Source: Polymyxa betae A26-41
Lineage: Eukaryota; Protista; Endomyxa: Phytomyxea
Direction: 5' to 3'
DNA: 64,000 nt
Assembly (NCBI GenBank): GCA_003693705.1
Contig: RBZT01000846.1
Span: 66,329 to 130,328, forward strand
Shown piece after piece: positions 25,501-38,337 of this stretch; within the stretch, counting starts at the first letter, position 1, and every line of letters starts with the position of its first letter. A program made the translations under genes and the position numbers. Below the pieces are notes generated by a model. That model ran no database searches and was not told the DNA's origin. It saw nothing but the letters and a program-made list of their open reading frames with translations.

Positions 25501-28500
25501 TCCACCTAAAAATCCAAAAACTGTGCTGTTATTCCCTAAACAGATTGGTTAGGAAACGATCTGAAGGCACAGAGCAGATAACCTGAGCTGGCATTAGCGG
25601 TTGATAACTGTGAAGTTAATGTTAGCGGAGTTGGCCTTTTTAGTAAGCAGTAGTGAACAATTTCCCGAATTCCATAAAGAAGTACTGATATTGAAGCGTC
25701 AAAATGACATGAGGTCTTCCGAATCTGACAGAGATTTGAGAAGATGCAGCAGAGATGTTCAACGGAACTTACTTGTTCACATAACACCGTTAAAACAGAG
25801 AACGAGGTTGAGCCCATAGAGCCATGGAGATGGGACAGAATGGAGATAATAAACCTGATTGCAGAAGATTTAGCAGGATTTGAAACGCGTCCTCTAAACA
25901 CACGAACCCGATCCAATGTTGCAGCAGATGCTGATCCGAATTGGGTTCATGCGACTGTTGAATGCCGTATAAAATGGTGGAGACAAAATTGGCAGAATCG
26001 AAAAGTGCTGTCGAGCCGGATTGCAAGGTTGTGTTGTCGATGATGACGTGACGCAGCAATCTTAGCAGAGAAATCTGCAAAACGATAAGGACAAAAGCGC
26101 TTTAGCAAAGAAGTGGCAAAAGTCAAACCTGCATATTTGAGTTATGAGCGGCAATACTCGACGAAATTAGACCTAGAGACGCAGCTCCAAGGCCATTTAT
26201 TCGTTCTGCAATCGAGAGTAAGTTCGCAGAGGTATCACTGGAAAGCATTGCAGATGTTGTGATCAACTGAACAAGAAGATCAACAGCTGAGAGCCTAACA
26301 TCTTCGTTCGCAATCCTTGAGTGAGCAGTCAACGAAATAGAGCATAGATTGATAGCGAATGACTTACAGATCCTTCTCAGAGACACCGTCGTGCATTCGA
26401 CCTTGAACAAAACGAAGCGCACACCAAAACAAGATATCAAGGTACGTCGGAGCATCTGGAAGTGAAAACCTTTGCTCTATAGGCAAATTCCCAACTTTGT
26501 GAAGGTTAGGAAATTGAGCTCAGATGACGCTAATTATACCTGGACGCTGATGACGCCTCAACAGGCTTAGAATGGTTGGATTCAGAACAGGCTGTTGGGC
26601 AGCTTTGGCAGCGACCAGCTGTCGATGGGCTGAAGAGAATATAGCTTGAAGCCTCCAGATTGAATGTCGAACTAATTCAGCATCGTAGAGATTGGAGTAG
26701 CACATACTGGGAGATTGACGGAGAGTTGAAGGGCAAAGAAGAATCAGCAGCAAAGGATCCAACACTCTAATAAAACTTAGCAACGCTGGAGATATCAGAA
26801 CAAAAATCACCTGTAAATAGATTCAGAAGATACACGAATGAATTCTAATGCAATCATCCGAGTAGGCGTTCTTTGATCGTCGATAGCATCAAGCATAATG
26901 ATTAGACTGTTGCCAGAGCATCTAGAAGATTTCTCAGGATCATCTAAAGGCGATAATAAACGCCATAGGCGAGCGAAGCTGTAACGATATCAGAAGACTA
27001 CAGACTAAGAGATCCCGTTATACCGCTCATAACCCTCGTACTGAGCACAGCTCTCGTGAGGCGAAACATGAAGCATAGCATCTGCTGCAACGGCTTCGCA
27101 AAAATTTGGACAAATCTCATACATGTGCAGCCAAAGCTTCGCAACCTGTAAGGAAAATCAGTTGACAGCAAGACACAGGAATTAAGAAAGCATTAAAACC
27201 TGACGGTGAATCTCCTCTCCAAAATTAGCCTCGAGTAGATACCATAGTTGCTGTGTCAGCTGTCCACATTCAGTTTGCTGTGGCTCTTTGAGAGAATCGT
27301 GAATGATCCGAATCCAAGCTTCGAAGCCTACAGCAAATTAGTGGACAAAAAACTTGAACAAGGCGGTTGCTTGCCTAGACAAGAGAGATGAGGATTGGGA
27401 GACAGAGCAAATTTCACGACATGCTCTGAATATCGAATGATATGTCTTCGTTTCTCTCCGTTTGTATTGAGAAGCAGATAGTGGAACAGCTCAAACAATC
27501 GAGAAATGCACTTGAGAGTATGCTGGTCAGTGGCCCTATCAGCAATGGTTGTTTGGACTGGTTCGACCCTCTAAAAAGTGAATCAAACCACGAATGTTAC
27601 TGAAACCTCTCAACATACTTGATCCACAGAATCCGATGCTTGTTCAGCGCTGAAGAACCCTGGGAGTGGCAAAGACATAGAAGAGAGGAAGTTCTCTGAT
27701 TCGGAGAGGGAAACATCGAAATGAAACCGAGAGGAAAGCAACTTCAACGTGAAAGTCATCAAGCGCGTCATTTCGGCAATTTCTTCCTTCCAAGATATCC
27801 TGACAGGAATCAGTTAGAGCCTCCGAACAAACTGCTACTCAACTTGTACAGAGCTTTCAAATCAGTATTAATCATGACCGGGACAATCTGCTTGTCAGAA
27901 AAATCCTGTAGGCAATCGTCAAAGTTCAGTAGACATTTCTCAGAAAATACAGACGCTGTCAAAATGAACGGGAAGAAAGTCTAGAGCGAAATCGATCAAA
28001 TCGATTGTATGGATTTTGCTAAATGAATGAGATAGCAACGGAAAACTTTCAATGGATTCGGACGGAAGACTCGTGGCAGTCCTCAGCATTGTTGAATCGA
28101 GCTCAGAGATAAGTGTGGCCCAAACTTGGCGTAAATCTACTTGATTGAAAAACAACTGTGCGGATTTCAATACAGACTGAGAGACAGCTGAATCTATCTA
28201 ACTAGTAAGTTATCGTCAACAAAAACTGGAAAAATTCTTACTGTTGTCATAAGAGTAAGCATAGTCAATGAGAAGAGAAGAAATCTTAGAGAGAAATTTA
28301 CTCATTCGAATTTCCTGGCGGCAAATTAATATCGGGACGCAAGCACTGGTTAGCGGTGTCTTACATCTTTTTCCAAGAGTGTACGAGCGATGTTAAACGG
28401 TTGAGTAGCCTCTTCATCAGATGATGCATGTCTGTCCATAATTTGGTGTAGTGAGGAAACGACCATCTCAAGAGTAGAATCAGATATTTCAACAGGTTCG

Positions 28501-29839
28501 CTTGAAGGCATCTCATCCGTTCCTCCTTTACTCAGAAGCCACGAATAGAATCGGCGATTTACGGAAGTCTCTCGACGTAAAATTACGGGCAACGTTGCCT
28601 GCACTTTGTAATGTCAACAGCATTGTTATCAAGTTGATGGAAAAAGACGAATACATAAATATGTCAGCTCCTTTTTTGTGAAAATGGAATCGACTAGAGG
28701 GAAATGTGAGATCATCAAATCGAACATGCTTCTCTGAGTCAAAACCATCTCATCGTGAAGTGTGGCAACCATTGCCTAGAAACGGTATCAGTCAGGTTTC
28801 ATACAGTGGCAAGTTCTCACAAAACCTCGATGGCAATAGACCTTTGGACTGGAAGATATTCAGCCAGCTTCTTCGATCCGGCGGGAGGAATTGTAGCATT
28901 GATAAAATGCATCGCTGAGCCACGATATTTGCTGCATTGGAGTACACATCTCCAAAGAGCAAGAGCAAATTGGGATGCATTGGTCTGTTGTTGTATATTG
29001 ACTGTAAAAGGAAATGCTTAATGACAAAATATCTCGAGTCGAACGAAAATGGTCAAACCTAGAAGTTGCAAAGTACGGGTAAAGACTTCCCCAGAGCCTT
29101 CTTCCAGTCCTGGACATAGATTTAGAACGGTGTGAAGAGAATGTGTACTAACTGTACCTGGAAGTAGGGCCAGTATGAAACCGGATAAACATGGTAGTAA
29201 ACCGATACCCAAAGGGAGATAATACTTCTCGTAGAGTTCTAGCAGCTCTGGTCTAACCCGCGACGATGCATACGACAGTAGCGGAAACAACCCAGTAGAG
29301 TAAAGTGAGAGATCCTTCAAGCAATTACTTAATAAACGTTTTGGTCGGCAGAACAATGTCGACCTGGATTAAGCGCTGAGGACCTATACGTTCTAAAATC
29401 GCTCGATATGTTTCGAGCGTTTTTAAATGAACCCCTCCAGGTAAGACATCGCTTAAACATCCTGCAAGTCTGAACAAAAATCCAGAAGTCACTCATAGCG
29501 ACAATGCATTAATATAGGGCAGAAACCGTTTCGTAACAGTTAGAGTCATTGGCACATGATCTATGTGGGCGAATTTTGTTAGCACTTTGTTAACTCGAGC
29601 TAAGCATTTAATCAGGTCCTGATGGCAGGTTCAGAACTGAAATATTTCTAAGCGCTAAACTGTACTACCGGCCATTCGCGAGCCTTCTCGAAAGCCTAAA
29701 TGTGTATCAGCGAACAGATAATTAAGAGATATTAGTGGAGCACCTGCATGGCATTTGCCATAGCGTCATGAAAGGCTTTCAGCCGAGGATGCTGGCGCTG
29801 TGCTGCTTCAGCTGCCGAGCGAGACGAGCGAACAGACAT
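22512..29839 (-). CDS. DOP1: Dopey family Golgi/endosome trafficking protein (intron-rich)
   Basis: N-terminal [70 protein letters not shown]; C-terminal [20 protein letters not shown]. 3' end approximate. Confidence 0.9.
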
Positions 29840-30799
29840 GATCTGCCCAGAGCAGGAGCGCACAGCGCTTAATTGTTCCAATAATCAATGGCGTGATCAA
29901 CTGCAGAATGATGGAAAGGCTGTGATATCAAAGAACGCGACTCCGATCTATAACGTTTCACGATACATTCTTCTAGAGCGGCGCCGATTTCGGAATTTCA
30001 TGTTAAAAAAAGATTACAGCAATGTAATCATACAGTAAACGCTACCCATTGAATCAGCAGAAGCCAGAGATTCAGTATCATTGATGTTTTATTTGTTTTC
30101 GTCAAGATATCTTGAACGGGTGAAATGATGGACCGCTCTGAAATCCAGAAGTAACTGCACTTGAAGATATGGAAGGGATGATTCCGGACTACTTCAGGCC
30201 TTGAGCCTTGAAAATGGCGCCGCCTCTGGACCTATGATCAGCAAACGGGTAGAATCGAATCGAATCGAATCGAAGATATCTCGAGAATATCTCGTAGTAG
30301 AAAATGAAGGACGGATGTGCTATTAAAGTGCTGGTGAGAAAACGGCGGTCGCCAGTACTAGCATCTTTACTAGAAGAACGAGCTGCTATTCAGGTTCAGT
30401 TCAGTAATGTCAACTCAATCATCCAAGAATTCTTGGCCAAGCGGAAGATTATCAGCCAACCCAGCCGCCGAGTTATTTTGAAAATCAATCAGGAACGGCG
30501 ATGCTCCACAAGAGCCGCATGTGATTTGCTTCTGTCTCAACATCTTGCTCGCGTCCGAAAAAGGAGAGAACTGTATACAACCGTCAAGTGCCGGTGTTGA
30601 TAAACATCTGCTTCTGATCCTAAACCTCATAATCATCTCTCTGTAAAAATGAGCAAAGTAGATAAGAGAGCAGCCCTGCGTCTGCCAGTGTGATTAGGGT
30701 TTCTGTAATCTGGTATCCCCGTAGGTCCAGATAACTCTCAGCCGTCTTGTCATCATATTCTGACGAACTGCAATTTCCTTGCTGGGCACTCTCCTTGCA

Positions 30800-31669
30800 A
30801 TGTCATTCTTATCTCGCCGATTGGTACCTACCACCCGCCATCTAAACATCGGGGGCCCACGATGTTTGTCATCTGCAATAGCGGTTTCTGAAGAGAAGCA
30901 ACCACCGGCTTCGAAGCCTAGTAACATCTTTTCCAAGGTCTCTGGCTGGCTTCCTCTTGCTGCTATTGGAGGAACCGTTGCTTTATCCAAAGAACTTCTC
31001 ATTCTGAATGAAGAAGTTCTTATCCTGTTCACATTTTCAACGACTGTGTTTGGCTTGTACACCCAGATCGGTGGTGTCGTTGCTAAACATCTGGACGATC
31101 GTGCTGCGAAAATTGCAACCGACCTCACACAAGTCCTAGAACAGTCAGTTGAAGCTACGAAAGAGCAGGCTGAATCTGCTAAGAAGTTGTTGACTCTTCA
31201 GACAGACGTTGATGCAATTTTTAAGCAGCAAGAAGAGCTGATGAACCGATACATCGCAGCAATTCCAAATCAGCTTCGCTTTAATCTGAATGCCCAGATT
31301 AAAGCACGTCTTTCAATGGTTGCTGAGAAAGAGAGTCAGTTCATGCAAGGATTACAAGACCAATTGGCAGATGCTGCTGCGGCTGCAGTTCGTGAGCAGT
31401 TGAAATCTGGAAACAAGAAGGCGCTCTTGATGAATGCGATCAAGGCTCTAGAAGCAGGCAGTATGCAGACCAAAGAAGATCCGATCCGAGATCAGTTCGT
31501 AGCATACTTTTCTGCATTCCAGAAGAAGATTGCTTCAAAGGCTGGAAAAGATGTTCCGATGAACGCAGAGCAAAAAGCGCAGTGGCAATCGGCTTTAGAT
31601 GATTTGATGCGTCGTGATCCGAATCTAAAACAGCTTGAAGTGAAAGTTCCCGAAAAGATCACACTTTAA
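30800..31669 (+). CDS. ATP5PB: Mitochondrial ATP synthase peripheral stalk subunit b
   Basis: Presequence MSFLSRRL..RCLSS, SKELLILNEE..F..G..VAKHLD followed by a long helix; intronless. Confidence 0.8.
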   Translation: MSFLSRRLVPTTRHLNIGGPRCLSSAIAVSEEKQPPASKPSNIFSKVSGWLPLAAIGGTVALSKELLILNEEVLILFTFSTTVFGLYTQIGGVVAKHLDDRAAKIATDLTQVLEQSVEATKEQAESAKKLLTLQTDVDAIFKQQEELMNRYIAAIPNQLRFNLNAQIKARLSMVAEKESQFMQGLQDQLADAAAAAVREQLKSGNKKALLMNAIKALEAGSMQTKEDPIRDQFVAYFSAFQKKIASKAGKDVPMNAEQKAQWQSALDDLMRRDPNLKQLEVKVPEKITL

Positions 31670-32506
31670 TGGGAGCGCTTGGAAGTTATTACAACACTCA
31701 AAAGCGACTTATATTAATAGTTTTCTGACATCGGTTTTGTAGCCTGTCGACGCTGAGAGAGCTCCTTTGAGATGTTAGATACTGCCACTTTTCCGGGCTG
31801 AACAGGGATCTTTTCGAAAATGACATTGGAATTTACGAACTCTTGTACAAACTTCTTCTGCTGGCTATATAGCTCTTTCTGTTGAGGCAGAAATTGCATC
31901 AATATCGATTCAAATTGCAATAGGTATTTTGTGTTTTCTTACGGGACTGGCTGGTGTGTTAGGTGGCACTCTGCCTTCACAATCGGATGATGGAAGCCTG
32001 GTATCAGCAACAGTGCACGGGATGGGATTGGCCGGAGACACATTGAAATGCTTTCGAGACGACATTTCGATGAGTAATGGAGAAGTTAAAATGCCTCAAG
32101 CGAGATCAAAGACAAGGCACAAGATGTGGTATGTTCTATCGTGAGGAGGAACCCGGTGAAGTGGCTCTCTTCCAGCAGCAACATAAAACATCGAAGTCAT
32201 CAAACCGTTACATTCAGGTTGCGCCCTGACTACAGCTATTACGTGCAAAAATCAGCAACGACCCCCATTATATTCATTCAGTGAATTTCAACTTAACGAG
32301 TGAACTAATCGAATCTCAATATTCAACGATGTAGGCAAATGAAGGGCAGCTGGCTCAAAGATATTACAGAAAACATACACATCTTTTAACCTTATTTTCC
32401 CGCAATTTTGCTTTCCGCTATATCCTTGGTCACCTTCCTTTGGTAATCGCTTGCTCTATTATCATCAGCGAGCTCCCAGTCAGGGGATACGCGGCAGCAA
32501 AGATCG

Positions 32507-33856
32507 ATGGCCAATGTCGATTCGCAGTCGGCTACAGATGCCATGTTTGGCCCAGATTATATGCCCTTCCCTGTAGACCGAGTCGCCCATGAAATTCGCC
32601 AGCAGGTAAAAGTCGCTGATTCTTGGGTCATACCAGAAGCGATTCCAACAGCCCAGAAGTCATCTGCTACAAAATCCAATGGCCCGCTTCTTCTTACTGG
32701 TCCTGCTGGATCACAGCCATCATCTAATGCTTTATCGCTTACTGCATCAGCTTCTAAGCCTAGCACGCCTTCGACTTCCACATCCTTAACAGCGCCATCA
32801 CCAGCTAAACCTCGTATTGAAAATACGGTCCTGGGTCGTCGAAGGGACTTAACAATCCGCCAGCCAGCCTGGCATGCGCCATGGAAATTGCATCGCGTAA
32901 TCTCAGGCCATTTAGGCTGGGTTCGTTGTGCTGACGTCGATGTATCAAACGAATGGTTTGCTACTGGATCTGCTGATCGAACAATCAAATTATGGGATCT
33001 CGCTTCTGGCGTGCTTAAGCTGACCTTAACCGGTCATATCCATACAGTTCGTGGTGTTGCTGTTTCCCATCGCCATCCCTATCTGTTCTCTGTAGGAGAA
33101 GATAAGATGGTCAAGAACTGGGATCTAGAAACCAATCGAGTAATCCGATCCTATCACGGTCATCTATCAGGTATTTATGCATGCTCGTTGCATCCGACAT
33201 TGGATATTCTTGCGACCTCGGGACGGGACAGTACGGCCCGTGTCTGGGATATGAGAACCAAAGCTCAAATCCATGTGCTAGCTGGTCATTCGCATACAGT
33301 AGCAACTGTTAAATGTCAAGCTACTGATCCTCAAGTTATAACCGGATCACACGATTCTACCATTCGTCAATGGGATTTGGGCACTGGTCGTGCTCGTCAA
33401 GTTCTAACCAATCACAAGAAATCGATTCGATCCATTGCTCTACACCCTTCTGAGTATACGTATGTAAGCGGTGCTGCAGATAATATCAAAGTCTGGCAAT
33501 GTCCCGATGGGGTTTTCCTGCGAAATATGTCAGGACATAATGCAATAGTTAATGCAGTTAATGTCAATCATGAAAATGTTCTGGTATCAGGAGGTGATGA
33601 TGGCTCACTCCAATTCTGGGATTGGTCCACTGGATATATGTTCCAGTCCACACAATCGATTGTTCAGCCAGGCAGTCTGGACGCCGAAGCAGCTATCTAT
33701 GCAATCGAATTCGACAGAACCGGGACCAGAATGATCACATGCGAAGCCGACAAGACGGTGAAGATTTGGCGAGAAGATCCCGATGCCACCCCTGAATCGT
33801 GCCCGATCGACCAGGAAAGGGTGAAAGAAATGGCCAAGAGAAGGGATATGTATTAA
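32507..33856 (+). CDS. PLRG1: Pleiotropic regulator 1 / Prp46 WD40 splicing factor
   Basis: [21 protein letters not shown], seven WD repeats, [23 protein letters not shown]; intronless. Confidence 0.97.
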   Translation: MANVDSQSATDAMFGPDYMPFPVDRVAHEIRQQVKVADSWVIPEAIPTAQKSSATKSNGPLLLTGPAGSQPSSNALSLTASASKPSTPSTSTSLTAPSPAKPRIENTVLGRRRDLTIRQPAWHAPWKLHRVISGHLGWVRCADVDVSNEWFATGSADRTIKLWDLASGVLKLTLTGHIHTVRGVAVSHRHPYLFSVGEDKMVKNWDLETNRVIRSYHGHLSGIYACSLHPTLDILATSGRDSTARVWDMRTKAQIHVLAGHSHTVATVKCQATDPQVITGSHDSTIRQWDLGTGRARQVLTNHKKSIRSIALHPSEYTYVSGAADNIKVWQCPDGVFLRNMSGHNAIVNAVNVNHENVLVSGGDDGSLQFWDWSTGYMFQSTQSIVQPGSLDAEAAIYAIEFDRTGTRMITCEADKTVKIWREDPDATPESCPIDQERVKEMAKRRDMY

Positions 33857-34102
33857 TGGTTTTAACAAGACCGACATCCAATCAATATGATAAACTAACA
33901 GTAATTTGTCAACGGTTTTAGTTAGAAGGAACACTTGTAAGATTTTGGCGCCTTTTCCGTTAGTCGCAGTCTTAGGTTAAAAGGTTTTGTTATTGCGTGA
34001 GGTCCTCTTGTCTACATAATCAGTGTGTGAGGTGGCTCCAAGGCTCATCGAAATTTTCACTCTTGGCGGGATATCTCTTCTATCTCGTTAAAATCCTCAA
34101 CT

Positions 34103-34549
34103 ATGGCCCGTACCAAGTCCACCAAACAGCCCAAGCCAAGAGCGTCTGGTAAACAACCCAAGGCATCGTTAGTCCAGAAGACGCCGGCCAAGAAAACGTC
34201 GAAGTCTCCTGCTGCCGCTCCTGCCACCCCTGGGAAGAAACACCGATTCCGCCCTGGAACAAGGGCATTGATGGATATTCGTAAATACCAAAGGACAACC
34301 GATTTGCTTCTGCGACGGTTACCCTTTGCTCGTCTGGTTCGGGAGATCGCTTCCAGCCACTTCGCCAATCGCGCTGAAGAGTGGCGCTGGCAGGGCGAGG
34401 CCTTGATGGCGCTTCAAGAAGCCGCTGAAGCGTACTTAATCCATCTATTCGAGGATAGCAACCTTTGCGCTATTCATGGTAAAAGAGTCACTGTTATGCC
34501 ACGAGATATTCATCTAGCAAGACGTATTCGAGGAGCGGCCCGTGCTTAA
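34103..34549 (+). CDS. CENPA: Centromeric histone H3 variant (CenH3)
   Basis: H3 fold with PFARLV (no Q68), longer loop 1, RWQ instead of RFQ, and a divergent N-tail. Confidence 0.88.
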   Translation: MARTKSTKQPKPRASGKQPKASLVQKTPAKKTSKSPAAAPATPGKKHRFRPGTRALMDIRKYQRTTDLLLRRLPFARLVREIASSHFANRAEEWRWQGEALMALQEAAEAYLIHLFEDSNLCAIHGKRVTVMPRDIHLARRIRGAARA

Positions 34550-34598
34550 CTCATACGACAGCCCATCGTCTACATTATCTCAAATAAATATCATGCTG

Positions 34599-35333
34599 TT
34601 ATTGAGCATTGGCGATTCTGGACCCCATCTGCCTTAATGCTTCTCGAGCTTGCGATTCTTGCTTCCTGCCTTTGGCCACGATTTCTTGGATTTTTCTGTT
34701 GATTAATACCCTCTCCTGGTCATTGGTGCTTTTGTCTCTGGCTTGCGCTAGGAACTCTCTGGCCTGGCCGTACTCGCCCATGCCTTCGTATGCTAGCCCA
34801 ATGCGATAGTAGGCCTTGGCAGAATTACAATCCAGCTGTAATGCCATTTTGCATTGGGATATGGCATCGGTCCATCGTTGCTGTTTTAGGTAAACCTGAG
34901 CGATATTCAGATCCAGATTGAGCTCGAGTCTATCGACTTCGTCTCGTTGGGCGTCGGTTATACCATAGATTCCATTACAGATCAAGGCGCCTCGTTCGTA
35001 AACTTGCAAGCATAAATCCAGGTTATTCTCTTTAAACAACCGGTTTCCATCGGTTTTCGCTGCTTTGATAGCTTCAAGTTTTAGCAAATTTCTTTCAGCC
35101 AAAGGCATCTCGTCGTTGGGATCCTTCGACGATGGCATTTTCATACTGCAACCGCATGTATGATGTTGAGAATGAGAAGGGCTTTGTCCGGTTTCAGCAG
35201 CAACCTTATCGGCACGTTCTTTCTGCGCCTTCATATAAGACTGACGTTTCTGAGCCTTCAAGGCAGCGGCTTCCTCCTGTTCGCGACGTTCTTCATCTTT
35301 AGCGAGCGCTTCCCATCGACTGTAATCAACCAT
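34599..35333 (-). CDS. TPR co-chaperone-like protein
   Basis: KTDGNRLFK, LNIAQVYLK, AKAYYRIGLAY TPR motifs; starts MVDYSRWE; intronless. Confidence 0.8.
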   Translation of the reverse strand: MVDYSRWEALAKDEERREQEEAAALKAQKRQSYMKAQKERADKVAAETGQSPSHSQHHTCGCSMKMPSSKDPNDEMPLAERNLLKLEAIKAAKTDGNRLFKENNLDLCLQVYERGALICNGIYGITDAQRDEVDRLELNLDLNIAQVYLKQQRWTDAISQCKMALQLDCNSAKAYYRIGLAYEGMGEYGQAREFLAQARDKSTNDQERVLINRKIQEIVAKGRKQESQAREALRQMGSRIANAQ

Positions 35334-35694
35334 AACGCATGGGATGGTAGTAGATAGGGAATGCGATGATGATAAAAGTATTCTGAGACTCGCTGCATCG
35401 TTCACAGAGACAGGTTAGGGACTATCATCTCATCAGACAGTCATCTCCGCCTGTAATCCATGCAATTTCGCTACCCTCCAGATGTATGGAGCAGCAGCAA
35501 CATTCAATCTAGCTGACATGAAGATGAATTGTTATGTTATAAAGGGCTCATCGTAGTTAACAAGGTTGTGTAAGAGAATGCTGATAGTTGTAATGTGAAA
35601 TTGAGCTATACAAATAGAAGGCAGAATACATCGGAAGTGAGGATTGCGCGGCCATAGCTGAGGCTTGGCCTGCTGTCTATCAACTCCATTCGCC

Positions 35695-36111
35695 ATGGAC
35701 ACCGTCTTCCTCGAGCATTCTGTTAGGTCTAGCCTGGTGGACTTCCTCGAACGTAGGGTACAATGTGTTCTAAGAGATGGCAAGATCCTCATTGGAACCC
35801 TGTTGTCGTTCGATCAGTTTTATAATCTGGTTTTGGGTCATGCTGTCAAGCGTATCGTCGTGGATAAACAGTTCGCTGAAGAGCGTATTGGGTTATTTGT
35901 TATTCGTGGAGAAAATGTTGCTACACTGTCAGAATTGGTGATTATTTCAATGCTGCAACTCAACTCGCTTTAATCTCTTTCGTAGGATATTGAGAAGGAA
36001 GAAAGACAAACTATAATGAAGCGAGTCAGTATGAAACGCATCAAAGAACTCCAACAGGAAAAGGAAGCAGCTGCACGTGGGAAATCATCTATTCTCGCCA
36101 CTGATGACTAA
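35695..36111 (+). CDS. LSM1: Sm-like protein LSm1
   Basis: VLRDGKILIGTLLSFDQFYNLVL, GLFVIRGENV, C-terminal helix; one intron near 35938-35985. Confidence 0.88.
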
Positions 36112-36357
36112 CCGATTGTTATTTTGTATCCACACTTTACAAAATCTGATTGTCAAAGAATGTTTCACATCTTGCACTTTCAGGCATTGATTAACATGAT
36201 TATCCTTCTATTTATGTAAATAATGAATTACCCATGCTGGCCATGCAGACGTGAATCCTTTTGTCACTACGTAAGGTGTTATACCAAAAAGAGTGTAATC
36301 ATCGTGACGGTTTATTGTGTTAATCATATACTTTAATTATTTTAAATGCTAATCAAA

Positions 36358-37788
36358 TTATACAGAAATGAACAAGGCTACCAAAGCAATTGCGACAAAA
36401 CTGATAGTTGCTTTGGAAGTCGAGCTGAAGGTGCTATCCATATCATCCTCCCTGTCCTGAGCATCGCTAGGATTTTCTTTAGCTTGGATATGTTCTTCAT
36501 CTGTATCATCCTCGTCATCTTCGTCACAATTTTCACCTCGTAGACTGATTGACTTGATGTTCAAGGTCATGGGATTGGCGCTGTCATGGGTCTCTCCTTC
36601 GTTCTGGAAATCGCCAACAACTATGGAGCTGATCGTGTGCTTGGTCTTATTAAATCCGTTCAGTTTGTCGAACGGAATGAGCACCTGCTGTGGTTCCCCG
36701 CCAAGCTTCCCGTCGAGCAATTCGCTAGCCGTTAAGACGAAATCTTTGAAATCCTGTTCGCATCCCTCCTTAGTCTTCAATCTGATACTGAAGTCACCTC
36801 CGGTGGGTCCAGCAACGTTTAAAGCCAGCATATTGTAGTGCTTGAACTTCATGCATGGAATAACGGTATACCAGTAGGACTCTGAAGTCTTAGAAGTAAT
36901 CTGAAGACCTTCGATAGCAGAATACTTCTCGTTGGACATCGTGCCATCAGAACCGTGAGTTCCTCGCAGTACGTTCTCGTTGATGTCTTCATTAGCGAAG
37001 TCCTCAATTGCCAGACTGCATTCTTTGGTTTCTTCCTTGTCAGATTCTGAATCAGAATCGGTAGTTGCAGTTTGATCTCGGACTGAAACAATAGTCTCGG
37101 AACTGACTCCGGTAGCGCATGATCCTTTGAACGTAACCGAATACAGTTCAAGAGGCATCGTCAATCCTCCAATCGTGATGGCGTACATGTTGTTCTATCA
37201 TCACTTATTTGTCTCTTATAGTTAAACGAGCGTTGAAGTTACCTTCGATGCTTCTCCAGAGATGCTAGAGAACGGAATATCAACAGTAGTCTTTTCACCT
37301 GTACCCTTCTTGTTGTTGATAAGAACTAGAGAGTATCTGGGAGCACAATTAATAAACCCGATAGTAACGTCAGCTTGAAATTGGTCTTACCGAACAACGC
37401 TTTCTGCTGCTTCATCACAGTGAATATCATTGGAGCTGTATCCGATTAAGAACTGGATATCGGGAGTCGATTTCAACTCAACCGATATGAAATCGAAATT
37501 GTTTGCATCAAAGCATTGTCCTGCCTTACGAACAAACGAGAACCAGAACGAGCTGTTGGTATTCGGGGTCAGGATCAAGCGAGGATCGCCATCTGTAGCA
37601 ACTGTCGTCTGCATGCCTCCGGCCAGTTTCATATCAAAACCCATGTTGTTTTGGGTCGTCGACTGCAGCTGTGAGAAATCGTTGACGAGCAGTTCGCAGT
37701 TGGCCGGGTTGGGCTGGACCAATTCAGCAGCCTGGGTGAGGCCCAAAGCCAGGCTCAAGACAAGGAAGCAGCGGTGCATGTTCGGCAT
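36358..37788 (-). CDS. Secreted, probably GPI-anchored protein with two repeated beta-sandwich (CBM-like) domains
   Basis: Signal peptide HRCFLVLSLALGLTQA; repeats CELLVNDF..FWFS..CF..IPF and CSLAIEDF..YWYT..CM..IPF; acidic linker; hydrophobic C-terminus; 2 introns. Confidence 0.75.
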
Positions 37789-38337
37789 ATCGAATATGAT
37801 TATGATGAGCTGACATCGAATCGCTTGCAGATCAGCAAGCGAAGGTCGTCATAGTGGAAGATATTTACAGAGTTGATGAGACCGTTGAGAAGTGTGGAAC
37901 TCGCATCTGGGACCCCTCTTATAAGTCGTAACAAAAAAGGAGCAGCCTCCAAACATAACATCGTAGACTGGCTCTTCCCCATCACTTCTCGAAGAGTCTT
38001 TCTCTCTCTCTCTCTCTTACTCTCTCTCCACCGCTTTTTAATCACTTCTCAAAGTCTATGCAGGGACTGTTCTCCACTGCGACTGCTGCAAGCTTTATGA
38101 ATTCTAGATGGTCTGGATTTATCCTGATTTGATGATGGGTAGAGCTGGTAGGCGTTTATTGCCTCAGGTCGCTCCCGGAACTGTCTAAATGAACTAGAAT
38201 ATTGCTAATTTTATGGCTTCATCCATGCCATTTAAAGTCACATGTGATCAGAGATATGCCTGCATGTGAAGGTGAACGTGTACGTACCCCATGACGATCG
38301 ATCGTTATATCCACGACATTACTCAATAGAATCTAAT

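Noticed and set aside
30040-30700. Short ORFs on both strands and a (GAATC)4 repeat near 30252
   Set aside because: No consistent splice model or family; may be promoter DNA between divergent DOP1 and ATP synthase b.
31714-32270. Possible small minus-strand gene ending QATKPMSENY
   Set aside because: The last exon looks protein-like but I could not splice it to a start codon.
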